DNA of 64,000 nucleotides from Arenicellales bacterium (GCA_965214875.1 OZ243980.1:1231572-1295571), one strand, 5' to 3'. Shown: positions 41,895 through 52,226, counted from the first letter of the stretch. Translations and numbers: made by a program. The notes: a model not told the origin generated them from the sequence alone.

Positions 41895-42638
41895 TTGGAT
41901 GCGAAAGGCTCCATCTTGCCAGCCGAAACACTGAACCCTAAACGTCAACCCGACACTGCTCGCCGCCTCAGCAGGCTTGAATCCCTGCTTGACTATACGT
42001 TTCAAAACAAGCAGCTTCTTATGCAGGCGCTCACTCATGGCAGCGCAGATAGGTGCAACTACCAAACCCTTGAGTTTCTTGGTGACGCGGTTCTCAATCT
42101 TGCGGTATCTGAATTGCTCTTCAAGCTGGGCGACTTCGAAAGCGAAGGAGATCTTTCGGACAGTCGAAGTGGCGTAGTCAATAACCGGCATGCGCTGAGC
42201 TCAGTTGCAGAGCAGCTGAATTTGCTCGAATTCGCAGTCATCGGCAAATCTTTTCAAATGACAAACGACAGCGCAATGAGGAATTTGCAAGCGGATCTGA
42301 TTGAATCGGTGGTAGGCGCAATTTATCTTGATGCCGGCTATCAGTCGGCTTTGCGGTTCGTTTCTCATCAATTTGGCGATCTGATCGACCAAGTTCGCAG
42401 GCAAAGGCGAAAAGACAGCAAATCAGCATTGCAGGAATACTTGCAGGCAAGAGGAAAAGGGTTGCCCGAGTATCGGCTTGTGAACACATCTGGCAGTGAT
42501 CACGAACCGGTTTTCACGGTTGAATGCAGTGTGCCGGATCTAAAAGAGCCTGTGCCAGGCAAAGATCGAACGCTAAAAGCCGCCGAGCAGGCTGCAGCAT
42601 CGAAAGCCTACGAATTGCTTCGAGATGGGAAACAATAG
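41895..42638 (+). CDS. rnc: Ribonuclease III
   Basis: LLMQALTHGS...YQTLEFLGDAVLNLAVSELLF, and a C-terminal dsRBD (DHEPVFTVEC...KAAEQAAA). Start uncertain. Confidence 0.93.
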   Translation: MDAKGSILPAETLNPKRQPDTARRLSRLESLLDYTFQNKQLLMQALTHGSADRCNYQTLEFLGDAVLNLAVSELLFKLGDFESEGDLSDSRSGVVNNRHALSSVAEQLNLLEFAVIGKSFQMTNDSAMRNLQADLIESVVGAIYLDAGYQSALRFVSHQFGDLIDQVRRQRRKDSKSALQEYLQARGKGLPEYRLVNTSGSDHEPVFTVECSVPDLKEPVPGKDRTLKAAEQAAASKAYELLRDGKQ

Positions 42639-43530
42639 CGACTTTTGCAGCGGCCTTGTCGCATTGGCTGGATGTCCCAATGTTGGCAAATCCACCTTGC
42701 TGAACCGCTTCGTTCGGCGCAAGATCAGTATCACTTCACGCCGGGCGAACACCACTCGATATCGAATATTGGGGATCTTGAATGAGGCGCAACGCCAGTT
42801 CGTCTTCGTAGACATGCCTGGTTACAACGCAAAAGGCAAGCGACTTGTGGACCGCTCAATTCACAAGATCGCTGTGGCAAGCATGCAAGGAGTTGACTTG
42901 GCGCTGTTGCTGCTTGAGCCGAAAGGATTGCATGAGCATGACAAAGCAGTTTGGCATCAGTTGCGATCGGCCGGAGTGCCGACAATTGTTGTAATCAACA
43001 AGATTGATCGACTGAAGAATCGCGATGCGCTGCTACCTGTGATCAAAGAGATTGCCGACCGTACTGGCCTGACAACAATCGTTCCGGTCTCGGCGAAAAA
43101 GGGGGAGGGCATTGAATCATTGAAAGATTGCATCAGCGCAATGCTTCCGTCTGGTCCGCCATTATTTCCTGATGCATTTATTACTGACAAAAGCGACCGC
43201 TTTCAAGTGGGCGAACTGGTGCGCGAGCAAATATTTCGAAGTTTTGGAGCCGAACTCCCCTACATCAGCGCCGTTCAAATCGAGAAGTATACAGTTGACG
43301 AAAACTTGGTAGAGCTTGATGCACTCATCTGGGTGGAGACACAAAGCCAGAAAAAAATCTTCGTCGGCCGCAAAGGGGAGAAAATCAAGCTTATCGGATC
43401 TAATGTGCGCAAGCATCTAGAAGCGAGATCGGGCAAACACGCTCTTGTGCAGCTATGGGTCAAGGTGCAGCCGCGTTGGACTGAAAGCCAGCGGCACATT
43501 GAGCAATTTGGCTATGCGGAGGCTGATTGA
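42625..43530 (+). CDS. era: GTPase Era
   Basis: GLVALAGCPNVGKSTLLN, FVDMPG, VINKID, and a KH domain at the C-terminus. Overlaps the rnc end. Confidence 0.95.
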   Translation: MGNNSDFCSGLVALAGCPNVGKSTLLNRFVRRKISITSRRANTTRYRILGILNEAQRQFVFVDMPGYNAKGKRLVDRSIHKIAVASMQGVDLALLLLEPKGLHEHDKAVWHQLRSAGVPTIVVINKIDRLKNRDALLPVIKEIADRTGLTTIVPVSAKKGEGIESLKDCISAMLPSGPPLFPDAFITDKSDRFQVGELVREQIFRSFGAELPYISAVQIEKYTVDENLVELDALIWVETQSQKKIFVGRKGEKIKLIGSNVRKHLEARSGKHALVQLWVKVQPRWTESQRHIEQFGYAEAD

Positions 43531-44276
43531 TTTTGCGTGTCGAATCGCAAGACGCATTCGTATTGAGGACGGTGCCGTTTACCGAATCGAGCCTTATCGT
43601 CGACACCTTCACTCGCGATTATGGGCGTTTGAACCTTCTAGCCAAGGGGGCTCGGCGAGCCAAGTCGAGGCAACGAAGCGCGCTGCAGCCGTTTCATCTC
43701 ATTTCGATCGGGTGGTCTGGCAAAGGGGAGGTGCCTATCGTTATTTCGGCATCTGTGATGCCCGGCGCTCGCCTGCTACGCGGGGAGGCATTTTACGGCG
43801 CAAATCATCTAAACGAGCTCATTATCAGGTTCTTGCATGTTCACGATGCTCATTCAGGCTTGTTCGATGCATACCTGATTGCAATGAATGAGATAGCGGA
43901 CAGCTCGGATTTATCTAGTGTGCTAAGGGTCTTCGAAAAACGCATGCTTGATGAGCTTGGCCTTGGATTGATTCTAGACACCGAAAGTGATCGCAAAACT
44001 CCAATTCAGCGTGATTGCAACTACGATTACGAGTTCGGAGTTGGCCCTATAGCGATTGAGACTGCGGATTCCGAGTCGGTACGCGGAGCGACGCTGCTAT
44101 CGCTGGCATGCGAGACGATCGAGTCGCCGCAGGCCAAAGCAGAGAGTCGCAAATTGCTAGACCGCGCATTTCAATGGCACTTTCAAAATCGCAATTTGCG
44201 CAGCCGCGAAGTCTATCGCCGGACTCTAAGATCTGTTTCGAAGGAGTTAGTCCCTATTTCTTTCGACGCGTCGTAA
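43527..44276 (+). CDS. recO: DNA repair protein RecO
   Basis: AFVLRTVPFTESSLIVDTFTRDYGRLNLLAKGARR... is a RecO N-terminal OB fold. Follows era. Confidence 0.88.
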   Translation: MILRVESQDAFVLRTVPFTESSLIVDTFTRDYGRLNLLAKGARRAKSRQRSALQPFHLISIGWSGKGEVPIVISASVMPGARLLRGEAFYGANHLNELIIRFLHVHDAHSGLFDAYLIAMNEIADSSDLSSVLRVFEKRMLDELGLGLILDTESDRKTPIQRDCNYDYEFGVGPIAIETADSESVRGATLLSLACETIESPQAKAESRKLLDRAFQWHFQNRNLRSREVYRRTLRSVSKELVPISFDAS

Positions 44277-44535
44277 AGCCTGGCGGCAGCTGTCCCATGT
44301 CACCTTCGCCGAAAATAAAACCGAGCATGTGCTGCTCAATTACTTTTTGCGAATCAACATCAGCCGTGGTCATCTGATTTTCGTTGATGATGGTGACCAG
44401 TCGTTCAAGCCATTGCTTCCAACCCTCTTTGGAAACATTGTTGTAGATGCGCTTTCCCAATTCTCCAGGATATGGCGGAGCGTCTAGCCCCTCGGCTTCG
44501 GCTTTAAGAATAGGGCAATTTACGATACGAGCCAT
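44254..44535 (-). CDS. yggX: Fe(2+)-trafficking protein YggX
   Basis: MARIVNCPILKAEAEGLDAPPYPGELGKRIYNNVSKEGWKQWLERLVTIINE... closely parallels E. coli YggX. The internal ATG at 44535 is preferred. Confidence 0.85.
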   Translation of the reverse strand: MARIVNCPILKAEAEGLDAPPYPGELGKRIYNNVSKEGWKQWLERLVTIINENQMTTADVDSQKVIEQHMLGFIFGEGDMGQLPPGFTTRRKK

Positions 44536-44816
44536 GCGGACACACTTCCTCATTGTTCAGATGATTGATCCCGGTCGACTTTGTGGTCGATCCAAGCAAT
44601 TTGAACTATATACACCAGTTTCGCATAAAGCGGTCTACAACTTTTTGCAAAATTTAACGACATATGCGCTGGGCATTTGCTGCTGCCGGTCTGCGGGCAA
44701 AAGCCTAGGCCAGCTGGACTACCATCTGGCCATAGAATCTGGATGCTTCCGCAAAAATAGAAGAAACACATCAAATTTGTTGCAAGCGCTACGATGATGA
44801 TTGCAGAAAAATATCA

Positions 44817-45998
44817 ATGCCAACGTTGAATCGCAATCAGCATACGTCCGCGTTTCTTTCACTTGGGTTTCGTCCCTTTTTTCTCGTTGCCGCAATCTGG
44901 GCCGTGCTTGGCATGGTCATCTGGATTCTGATTCTCGCGAGAATCTTGACTGATTTGCCGATTGCGCATGACCCGGTTTCTTGGCATGCGCACGAGCTTT
45001 TGTTTGGTTATTTGAGTGCGGTTATTGCCGGTTTTTTGCTAACTGCGGTCCCCAATTGGACGGGTAGGCCGCCGCTTGCGGGAATTCCGCTACTAGTTCT
45101 GCTCATTGTCTGGATTTTCGGCCGGATCGCAGTGCTGTTGTCAGCAATGCTTCCAGCACTAGTTGTGCTTTTGGCCGATATCTCTTTCATGCTTGCGCTA
45201 GGGTGCGTAGTGCTGCAGGATATCGTGTCAGCGCGAAACTGGAAAAATCTCGTCGTGATCGCGATTCTTGGCGTTTTTGTTGCGGGCAATGCCATGTTTC
45301 ACCTGCAAGCGTTTGATCGCGGCCATGTCGCTTTCGGAATTCGTTTAGGCTTGGCTGCCGTCATCATGATGATTGCGGTGATTGGCGGGCGAGTGATTCC
45401 AGCGTTTACACGCAACTGGCTAAAGGCTAAGAACTGCGACGCTTTGCCGGCTCAATTCGGTTTGCTGGACAAACTGGCATTGCTGGTGACGTTTGCGGTG
45501 CTGCTGATGTGGGTGCTGCGCCCGAGCTCGCCTGCGACAGGCTATGCGCTGTTTGCTGGAGGATTGTTGCAAGTTGGCCGCTTATTGCGTTGGCAAGGTT
45601 TCAAGACTTTGTCGGAGCCGCTAGTATGGATCCTGCATATCGGCTATTTGTTTGTGGCCCTTGGAATGTTTGCCATGGGTGGAAGAATCTTATGGGAGAA
45701 CTTGCTTATTTTTGCTTCAGCGCATCATTTTTGGCTGGTTGGCGGTGTCGGCATCATGACATTGGGAATGATGACTCGCGTGACACTTGGGCATACCGGC
45801 AGAAAATTGACTGCCGGAGCAGCGACATTCGCCATGTATGCGTTCGTCATTGCGGCGGTCATGTTGAGAGCATTAGCTTCTCTGGTCTTCGAGCAAGTTG
45901 TGGCGATGTGGGTGGTCGCCGGCGTTTTCTGGTGTTGCGGGTTTGGACTATTCTTGTGCGTATACAGCCCAATGCTTTGGCAACCGAGAAAATCTTGA
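44817..45998 (+). CDS. nnrS: NnrS family membrane protein
   Basis: HAHELLFGYLSAVIAGFLLTAVPNWTGRPP is the NnrS signature. About 12 TM helices. Confidence 0.85.
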   Translation: MPTLNRNQHTSAFLSLGFRPFFLVAAIWAVLGMVIWILILARILTDLPIAHDPVSWHAHELLFGYLSAVIAGFLLTAVPNWTGRPPLAGIPLLVLLIVWIFGRIAVLLSAMLPALVVLLADISFMLALGCVVLQDIVSARNWKNLVVIAILGVFVAGNAMFHLQAFDRGHVAFGIRLGLAAVIMMIAVIGGRVIPAFTRNWLKAKNCDALPAQFGLLDKLALLVTFAVLLMWVLRPSSPATGYALFAGGLLQVGRLLRWQGFKTLSEPLVWILHIGYLFVALGMFAMGGRILWENLLIFASAHHFWLVGGVGIMTLGMMTRVTLGHTGRKLTAGAATFAMYAFVIAAVMLRALASLVFEQVVAMWVVAGVFWCCGFGLFLCVYSPMLWQPRKS

Positions 45999-46455
45999 AG
46001 GTTTCTGGGGTTGCGCTGGGTGAAATGATCGAAGCATTGAACAATTCGCGATGGATTTTGTTTGCTGTCGCAGGCGGAGTTGTCCGATTCCGCAAGTTCG
46101 TATAGCGAAGCTGAAGTTGATTGGGTAGATTGTCGAGGAGATCAGGCATCGATTCTCGGTGCTATCCGGCCAGCTTCGCTTGCAAGCTCCTTCGTGCGGA
46201 TGCCGAAAAACCCTTTCAAGCAAGCGCATAATGCTGGCCCGGGCCCCTTGAGATCCGTATAGTGTCGATGTGCGTGATCGCAGGTGCCGGAGCGAAATCT
46301 CCGCTTTTGCGGGTAGTGGCTCAGTTTGCACACCGCAAAACCCAACAGGGAAGGAGACGGCTTCCATGCCGCCTGTTTCCCGTCCGGTATTCACGGAATT
46401 CCTCAACGGCATTCCGAAGCAGCCCGGCAGGCTTCCATTGTCGGTCCAGCACGGG

Positions 46456-47130
46456 CTAGCTGCTGTCGCCGCATCCCAGGGCCTGCCTGGTGGCGGTAGC
46501 GGTGTTGAACCGGCTGCCGCCGCGCGTGCCCCAGCACAGGCATTCCCTGATGTCCTGACTCGTGGCTGCCACCGCAAAGCATCCGTAGCCTCCGGAACCG
46601 CGCGTCGGCAAGTCCCCGGCCGGGGTGAGCCGCTGCTCCGCATTCGTAAAACTCCCTCGCGTCTTGAAGCAGGTGCGGATATAGGGGTTTGAGGCATTTC
46701 GGGAAAAATCAGTTGTATAAACAACCACGACATAGCGCGTGTTCTTCTTCAGGCGCCCCGCAGTGAAAGTCGCTGATGCTATCGGACTGCCTAATGAAGC
46801 AGTTCCCAGAGCTTTGTCGCCAATCAAAGCCGACCTGCCCCCGTTTTCCATCACCGCCGCTCGAAAATTCAAGACCTGTTGATCAATCCAAGTTTGAGCG
46901 TTGCCACTTGTGATTTCTGGCAGGACAACTTGCATAGCGTTGGTTGACGGACTGCCACTATTGTGTCTTATTTGGTTTGCCCGAATCTCCGACAAGCCCC
47001 CTTGTGTGCAGGCATCCGCCCCGGTGGTTGCCGGAATGACCAGCTGTGCCGTACTGGGCCCTGCCAGCACCGCCAGCAGCAGGAAGGCCGCTAGTTTAGC
47101 GAGGGGGGGGGATTTACAGAATGGTTTCAT
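46456..47130 (-). CDS. Secreted protein of unknown function (C9 tract in the signal-peptide codons)
   Basis: MKPFCKSPPLAKLAAFLLLAVLAGPSTAQ... is a signal peptide. No family recognised. The 3' third is more G+C-rich than the rest. Confidence 0.55.
   Translation of the reverse strand: MKPFCKSPPLAKLAAFLLLAVLAGPSTAQLVIPATTGADACTQGGLSEIRANQIRHNSGSPSTNAMQVVLPEITSGNAQTWIDQQVLNFRAAVMENGGRSALIGDKALGTASLGSPIASATFTAGRLKKNTRYVVVVYTTDFSRNASNPYIRTCFKTRGSFTNAEQRLTPAGDLPTRGSGGYGCFAVAATSQDIRECLCWGTRGGSRFNTATATRQALGCGDSS
47103..47111. repeat. G9 (C9 on the coding strand) homopolymer inside codons 7-10 of the 46456-47130 gene
   Basis: Counted directly. The coding strand reads AAA TCC CCC CCC CTC. Confidence 0.9.
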
Positions 47131-47291
47131 GGCTCTACTCCAATGGGAAACATTTTCCGGTCATTGCACCCGTTTTTCAAACTGGGCCACTGCCCTTTTG
47201 CGCCATTCGTAGATTGCCGCCGTTGCCACGCCCTATAATCTGGAGATTTACCTAGCTGAATATAACTAGCGATCAAATTGCAAACCGTGAA

Positions 47292-48620
47292 ATGAACCAG
47301 AAACCGATCATAAACGAACCGCTGATGTTGGCGATAACAAGCGACATCGCAGGCAAGGTTCGCGGAAAATCTTTTCCGTTGCGTCAATTCGAAAAACGAT
47401 TAAAGCGCGGAGTTGGCTGGACACCAACCAATGTCCAAATTACTTGCTTCGACTCGATTGCCGAAAGTCCGTTCGGCGCCCTCGGAGATCTGGTGCTGAT
47501 ACCAGATCCTTCGACGCGCGTCGAGGTCGATTACCAGGATGGATTGCCAGTCGAACGCTTTGTAATCGGCAACATTCGAAAAACCGATCAAACTGCCTGG
47601 GAATTTTGCACTCGCTCAATACTGCAATCGGCATTGGAGCGATTGGTGGCAGTGTCCGGAATTCATCTATATGGCGCCTTCGAGCATGAATTTCATTTTG
47701 TAGACGCTGGCAGTGTGCTAGGCCGCGCCTATACAAGCGATGGTTTTCGTTCCCAGAGATCGTTTGCAGAAGCGCTGTTTTCTGCCATGGATCAGGCAGA
47801 TTTGAAACCGGATACCTTCATGAAGGAATACGGCATTGATCAGTTCGAAGTAACGGCAGGACCGGTCAGCGGTATTGCGATTGCCGATCAAGGGACGATC
47901 ATTCGTGAACTTGTGAAAATTACAGCGGAACGTTTCGGGCTTAGGGCCAGCTTTGCACCGTTGCGCTCGCCCTTTGGAGTCGGCAACGGTGTTCATATTC
48001 ATATGAGTTTGCGTGATGACAAAAACCGCTCGATAACGCATGATCCAAATAGTCGCCACGGCCTCAGCGATATTGCAGGACGATTTGTGGCGGGCATTTT
48101 GAAATATCTAGACCGGGTCGTCGCATTGACTGCGCCAAGCGTCGCTTCCTATACCCGACTAACGCCGCATCGGTGGAGCGCAGCCTATAACAACTTGGGC
48201 TTCCGAGATCGAGAGTCGGCGGTTCGCATATGTCCGGTGTCAGATTTGAGCGACGTGTCTGTCGCTGATCAGTTCAACTTTGAATTTCGTGCTTCAGATG
48301 CCGCTTCCAGTCCTTACCTTTGTTTGGCAGCACTTGTTCATGCTGGAGCCCAAGGCATTGAAGAACATCTCAGTTGTCCAGAGGCCACCGAAGAAGATTT
48401 GTCGCTGCTTAGTGTCGATGCGCTAAGGAAAAAAGGCATCGTTCGCTTACCTGACACCCTTGCATCCGCCCTTGATTGCTTCCGTCAGGACGATACGGTT
48501 AGGAGTTGGTTTCCGGCGGATTTTGCCGATGTCTATGTCAAGCACAAGCTGGGCGAGATGGCATGCTTGGAAGGCAAGACCGAAACGGAAATCTGCGCAG
48601 CTTACGAGTCTGCCTACTAG
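47292..48620 (+). CDS. Glutamine synthetase family protein (GlnA-like gamma-glutamyl ligase)
   Basis: FEHEFHF, NGVHIHMSL, AYNNLGFRDRESAVRI and FEFRASDAASSPYL match GS catalytic-domain motifs. 442 aa. Substrate not inferable. Confidence 0.85.
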   Translation: MNQKPIINEPLMLAITSDIAGKVRGKSFPLRQFEKRLKRGVGWTPTNVQITCFDSIAESPFGALGDLVLIPDPSTRVEVDYQDGLPVERFVIGNIRKTDQTAWEFCTRSILQSALERLVAVSGIHLYGAFEHEFHFVDAGSVLGRAYTSDGFRSQRSFAEALFSAMDQADLKPDTFMKEYGIDQFEVTAGPVSGIAIADQGTIIRELVKITAERFGLRASFAPLRSPFGVGNGVHIHMSLRDDKNRSITHDPNSRHGLSDIAGRFVAGILKYLDRVVALTAPSVASYTRLTPHRWSAAYNNLGFRDRESAVRICPVSDLSDVSVADQFNFEFRASDAASSPYLCLAALVHAGAQGIEEHLSCPEATEEDLSLLSVDALRKKGIVRLPDTLASALDCFRQDDTVRSWFPADFADVYVKHKLGEMACLEGKTETEICAAYESAY

Positions 48621-48850
48621 AGCGTGTCAACACTGCGTAGCGCATTGAAGATCAGTACGAAAACGACGAATCCGAGATGCATGGCATCGAGCCTGTCGCC
48701 GTGCGAGAAGAACCTGCGGCAGCTCCGGCGGAATAGCCGCCGCGCTCGTTGAACTGGTTGCATAGCATTTGGTCGTAGTCCTAGGGTTCGACCCGGCTTT
48801 CCGTTGCGCAACTGACCGCGGCGGCGCGGGCCGCCGGTGTCCTCCAGCAA
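48617..48850 (-). pseudogene. IS5-family transposase tail remnant
   Basis: ...RRLFRRSCRRFFSHGDRLDAMHLGFVVFVLIFNALRSVDTL* parallels the tail at 15957-16124 (...FDALRCVKKL*). Frames are broken further upstream. Confidence 0.5.
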
Positions 48851-48925
48851 GAACCATGCTCTGAATTCGGTGATTTCCAGGTACTAGCAGGCAGTTTCAA
48901 GGTCTAATTGTCGATTTGGATACCT

Positions 48926-49343
48926 GCTGGCGGTCGAGGACGGCGTGCGCGAGTTGGCCGGCAGCTGGAAACGAGGCACTGTAGGACCTGATGGGCATGA
49001 ACGTGCCGAAGCTGCTGGTTGGCGACGGCACACTGTGATTTTGGGCGATGCCTGGATTAGGCGAATCCGGAGACTCGCTGCTAGTTTTGCCGCAAGACGG
49101 GCAACATCTCCGAGATCCGTATAAAACCGCCTAGCCTAGAGCCAAGCAAGCGCAGCAGCAGATCTGGATGGCCGAGACTCGGGAATGATGCCGAGGCGGT
49201 GCTCCAGGACTTCGTTGATCCCTACGGGGACAAGTGCCCGAAGGCGGCCGAGCGGCTTCAGAAAGCTCGGCAGGTGGTGTGAGGGTGTACAATTCAAAGA
49301 CGGAATTGAGACGGGAGAGACCCGCGACCAGGTAGCTGCTTGA
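48926..49343 (+). pseudogene. IS256-family (Mutator-type) transposase remnant with frameshifts and internal deletions
   Basis: Peptides in shifting frames: ...PKLLVGDGTL-FWAM..., AKQAQQQIWMAETRE, DAEAVLQDFVDPYGDKCPKAAERLQKAR, EGVQFKDGIE...VAA*. These match IS256 landmarks (VGDGALGFW, IWMAETRE, KYPKAAECL, GV-F-DGIE). Confidence 0.6.
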
Positions 49344-49433
49344 AAGCCCTAAGCACGGCTTTTGGCAATATCTCCCGTTTTCTTGGAAGATTGGAATTTG
49401 CCGTGCGCAGCAAGAAAACATGGTTCGCAAAAT

Positions 49434-50591
49434 ATGGATACCGCAGACCTGCTGAAACTCATAAAGAACGGCGAAGACACTAAGCATCAGTTTAAATCTG
49501 ATGTAATTCGCGCCGACAGTCTTGCCACCGAAATGGTCGCGCTCAGTAATTCACAAGGCGGTTTGATCTTGATCGGGGTGGCGGACAATGGAGGGATCTC
49601 AGGACTGACGCCCGATGACATGAGGCGCATCAACCAGCTTGTTTCCAATGCGTCTGTCGAACATGTGCGCCCTCCAATCAGCCCTGCAACCGAAAATTTC
49701 ATTTTGCCAAACGGCATGGTAATGGTCGTAGAGGTTCCTGAAGGAGTCAGCAAGCCCTACATGGATAGGAATCTCCATGTTTATGTGAAGGTGGGAGCGG
49801 ACAAGCGCAAGGTAAATGCTCGCGAAGAATTGCTGAGGATCTTTCAGCAGGCGGCGCTGGTTCATGCCGATGCAATTCCTGTAAAAAGCTCTTCCGTATC
49901 GGATATCGATAAAGCGTATTTCGATGCGTATTTCGAGAAGGAATTTGGAGAATTGCCGGAGTATCAGGAAATGCCGGTAGCCCGGCTATTGGAAAGCATG
50001 AACTTGGCAAAAGATGGACAGCTGAATATCGGCGGCATTCTTTTGTTCGGATTGCGGCCGCAATATAAATTGCCTGTTTTTCATGTGAAAGCTGTCGCTT
50101 TCCCCGGAATTGCCATAGAGGATGTTCACTATATTGACAGCCAGGACATTAAAGGCAAGCTGGCCGATGTGTTTCGAGCGACGGTCGGGTTTGCGCTTTC
50201 AAATATAAAGCACGTGCAAAACGGTCAGAGTGTTAACTCGCTTGGGGAACCGGAGATTCCGAGAGTTGTCTTTCAAGAGCTGGTAGCCAACGCTCTCATC
50301 CATCGAGACTACTTTGTTTCGGCACCGGTCAAGCTGCTGGTGTTTGCGGACCGAGTCGAAATTGTCAGTCCGGGCCGCTTGCCGAACAACTTGACAGTCG
50401 AAAACATCAAGCTGGGCAACTCGAATATTCGAAATCCGATTCTTGCCTCGTTCGCGCCAAGATTGTTGCCGTATCGGGGGCTTGGCAGCGGGATCAGGCG
50501 TGCGCTTAAGGCGTATTCGGACATCGAGCTTCTCGATGATCAAGATGGCAATGCATTCCGAGCGACAATTAGGCGCCTATCCCCAAGATAG
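49434..50591 (+). CDS. AlbA_2 (Schlafen-like) DNA-binding domain + HATPase_c_4 protein (often annotated RecG-like/transcriptional regulator)
   Basis: EDTKHQFKSDV...VALSNSQGGLILIGVADNGGISGL at the N-terminus. ELVANALIHRDY...DRVEIVSPGRLPN...NIRNPILA...GLGSGIRR at the C-terminus. Confidence 0.8.
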   Translation: MDTADLLKLIKNGEDTKHQFKSDVIRADSLATEMVALSNSQGGLILIGVADNGGISGLTPDDMRRINQLVSNASVEHVRPPISPATENFILPNGMVMVVEVPEGVSKPYMDRNLHVYVKVGADKRKVNAREELLRIFQQAALVHADAIPVKSSSVSDIDKAYFDAYFEKEFGELPEYQEMPVARLLESMNLAKDGQLNIGGILLFGLRPQYKLPVFHVKAVAFPGIAIEDVHYIDSQDIKGKLADVFRATVGFALSNIKHVQNGQSVNSLGEPEIPRVVFQELVANALIHRDYFVSAPVKLLVFADRVEIVSPGRLPNNLTVENIKLGNSNIRNPILASFAPRLLPYRGLGSGIRRALKAYSDIELLDDQDGNAFRATIRRLSPR

Positions 50592-50729
50592 CTATTTTGA
50601 AATGTCATCAAGCACAGCAACTTGATTCGCTTCAAGCGTTCCGCGGACGAAATCGCACGATAAGTCTGTTCGCCAAGATGGCATTGGCGCAAATGGGATG
50701 CCCGTCGATATCGTCTGTTTTTGCCGGGC

Positions 50730-52226
50730 TCAGTGAACTGAGGCAAACATGATGGCTTCATCAGTAACGTCGGCAGGAGAGAATTCTTCCACAACACGGC
50801 CCTGACGGCATACCAAAATTCGGTCCGATAGCTTGCGCACTTCGGGCAGATACGAAGAGATGACGATTACGGCTAATCCTTCGTCGGCTAGTTGGCCAAT
50901 AATTTCATGCACCTCTGCAATGGCCGCCACGTCCACGCCGCGCGTTGGCTCATCGAAGATGATCAGCTTAGGTTTTTGAATCACTGTTTTGCCGATAACC
51001 GTCTTTTGCTGATTACCGCCTGACAATTCAACGACTTTTGCATTGTCGTTGATCGCCCTGACCGACATCTTGTCGATCCACGTGCTAGCTATCTTCCGTA
51101 GCTCGCTCATGGACACTGTCGCCTTTTTGTGAAACTTCGAGGACAGGAATCCTGAATAGAGATTTTCGCCGATTGTCATGGTGTCGAAGAATCCTTCGGT
51201 CTTCCGATCCTCTGTCACGTAGACGATGCCGTCCGAGACCGCTTTGCTCGGAACGCGGTAGCGAATCGGGTCGCCGTGCAGATTGATTTGCCCGCCGCGG
51301 GCAAAGTCTCGCTTGTAGATGCCGGAAATAATCTTTACGGTTTCGGTTCTGCCAGAACCGACAAGACCGAAAATGGTGGTTACTTGGCCAGAGAAAATCG
51401 AAAACGAGTTGTTCTTGACCATGCTGCCCATGGACAAGCCCTGAACACTGAGGATTTTCTCCCCAGCTGGCCGAATGTCCTCCAGGCTTTTGGGCTGGTA
51501 TATCTGATAGGAAAGACTTCGTCCCACCATTGCTTGCACAACCTTGTTGCGGTCAAGGCTTTCGGTGTGCTCAGTAAATATTTTGTTCCCGTCACGCAAT
51601 ACCGTGATTCGATCGCTGATTTGAAGCGACTCTTCTAGTGCGTGCGAAATGAAAATCACTGAAACCCCATCATCTCTTAAGCGTTGAATAAGCGAGAATA
51701 GGTGCTTTTTCTCTTCGGGTGTCAACGAGGCAGTCGGCTCGTCGAAGATCAGCACCTTCGCATCGAGCCTGACCGCTCTTGCGATTTCCAGCATCTGCCG
51801 CTGAGCCGCTCCTAAAGACATCACCAAGTCTGTCGGGCTGACAGTGAAGTTCAACGATTGAAGAAACTGCTGAGCTGCGATATTGATCCCTCGAAGGCGA
51901 TTCAAGAATTTTTCATTTCCCAAAAACAGATTTTGTGCGACAGTCATGGACGGCACCAGGCTGGTTTCCTGAAACACCATCGCAATCCCCATGTTCAATG
52001 CCTCCGCCGGGCCGCTGAAGGAGATCTCCTCGCCATTGACGAATATCGAACCGCTCGTCGGCTCGACAACGCCCGCCATGACCTTGGTCAAGGTGGATTT
52101 GCCAGCGCCATTTTCGCCGAGGATTGAGTGCAGTTCGCCTTGGCGAAGATCGAAGTCGATGTCGTGCACGGCTTTTGTGCCGCGATACTCCTTGCAAATC
52201 TTCTCCAGCCTTACGACTGTGTTCAC
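50730..52226 (-). CDS. Sugar-type (CUT2) ABC transporter ATP-binding protein with two NBDs
   Basis: GENGAGKSTL, LIFDEPTASL, LSGGNQQK, IIFDEPTRGVDV. 498 aa, RbsA/MglA-like. Confidence 0.93.
   Translation of the reverse strand: MNTVVRLEKICKEYRGTKAVHDIDFDLRQGELHSILGENGAGKSTLTKVMAGVVEPTSGSIFVNGEEISFSGPAEALNMGIAMVFQETSLVPSMTVAQNLFLGNEKFLNRLRGINIAAQQFLQSLNFTVSPTDLVMSLGAAQRQMLEIARAVRLDAKVLIFDEPTASLTPEEKKHLFSLIQRLRDDGVSVIFISHALEESLQISDRITVLRDGNKIFTEHTESLDRNKVVQAMVGRSLSYQIYQPKSLEDIRPAGEKILSVQGLSMGSMVKNNSFSIFSGQVTTIFGLVGSGRTETVKIISGIYKRDFARGGQINLHGDPIRYRVPSKAVSDGIVYVTEDRKTEGFFDTMTIGENLYSGFLSSKFHKKATVSMSELRKIASTWIDKMSVRAINDNAKVVELSGGNQQKTVIGKTVIQKPKLIIFDEPTRGVDVAAIAEVHEIIGQLADEGLAVIVISSYLPEVRKLSDRILVCRQGRVVEEFSPADVTDEAIMFASVH

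Noticed and set aside
46250-49123. Shared 12-mer GAGATCCGTATA at 46250-46261 and 49112-49123 as a possible IS end or repeat family
   Set aside because: Many 12-mer coincidences are expected by chance in 64 kb on two strands, and the flanks show no further similarity.
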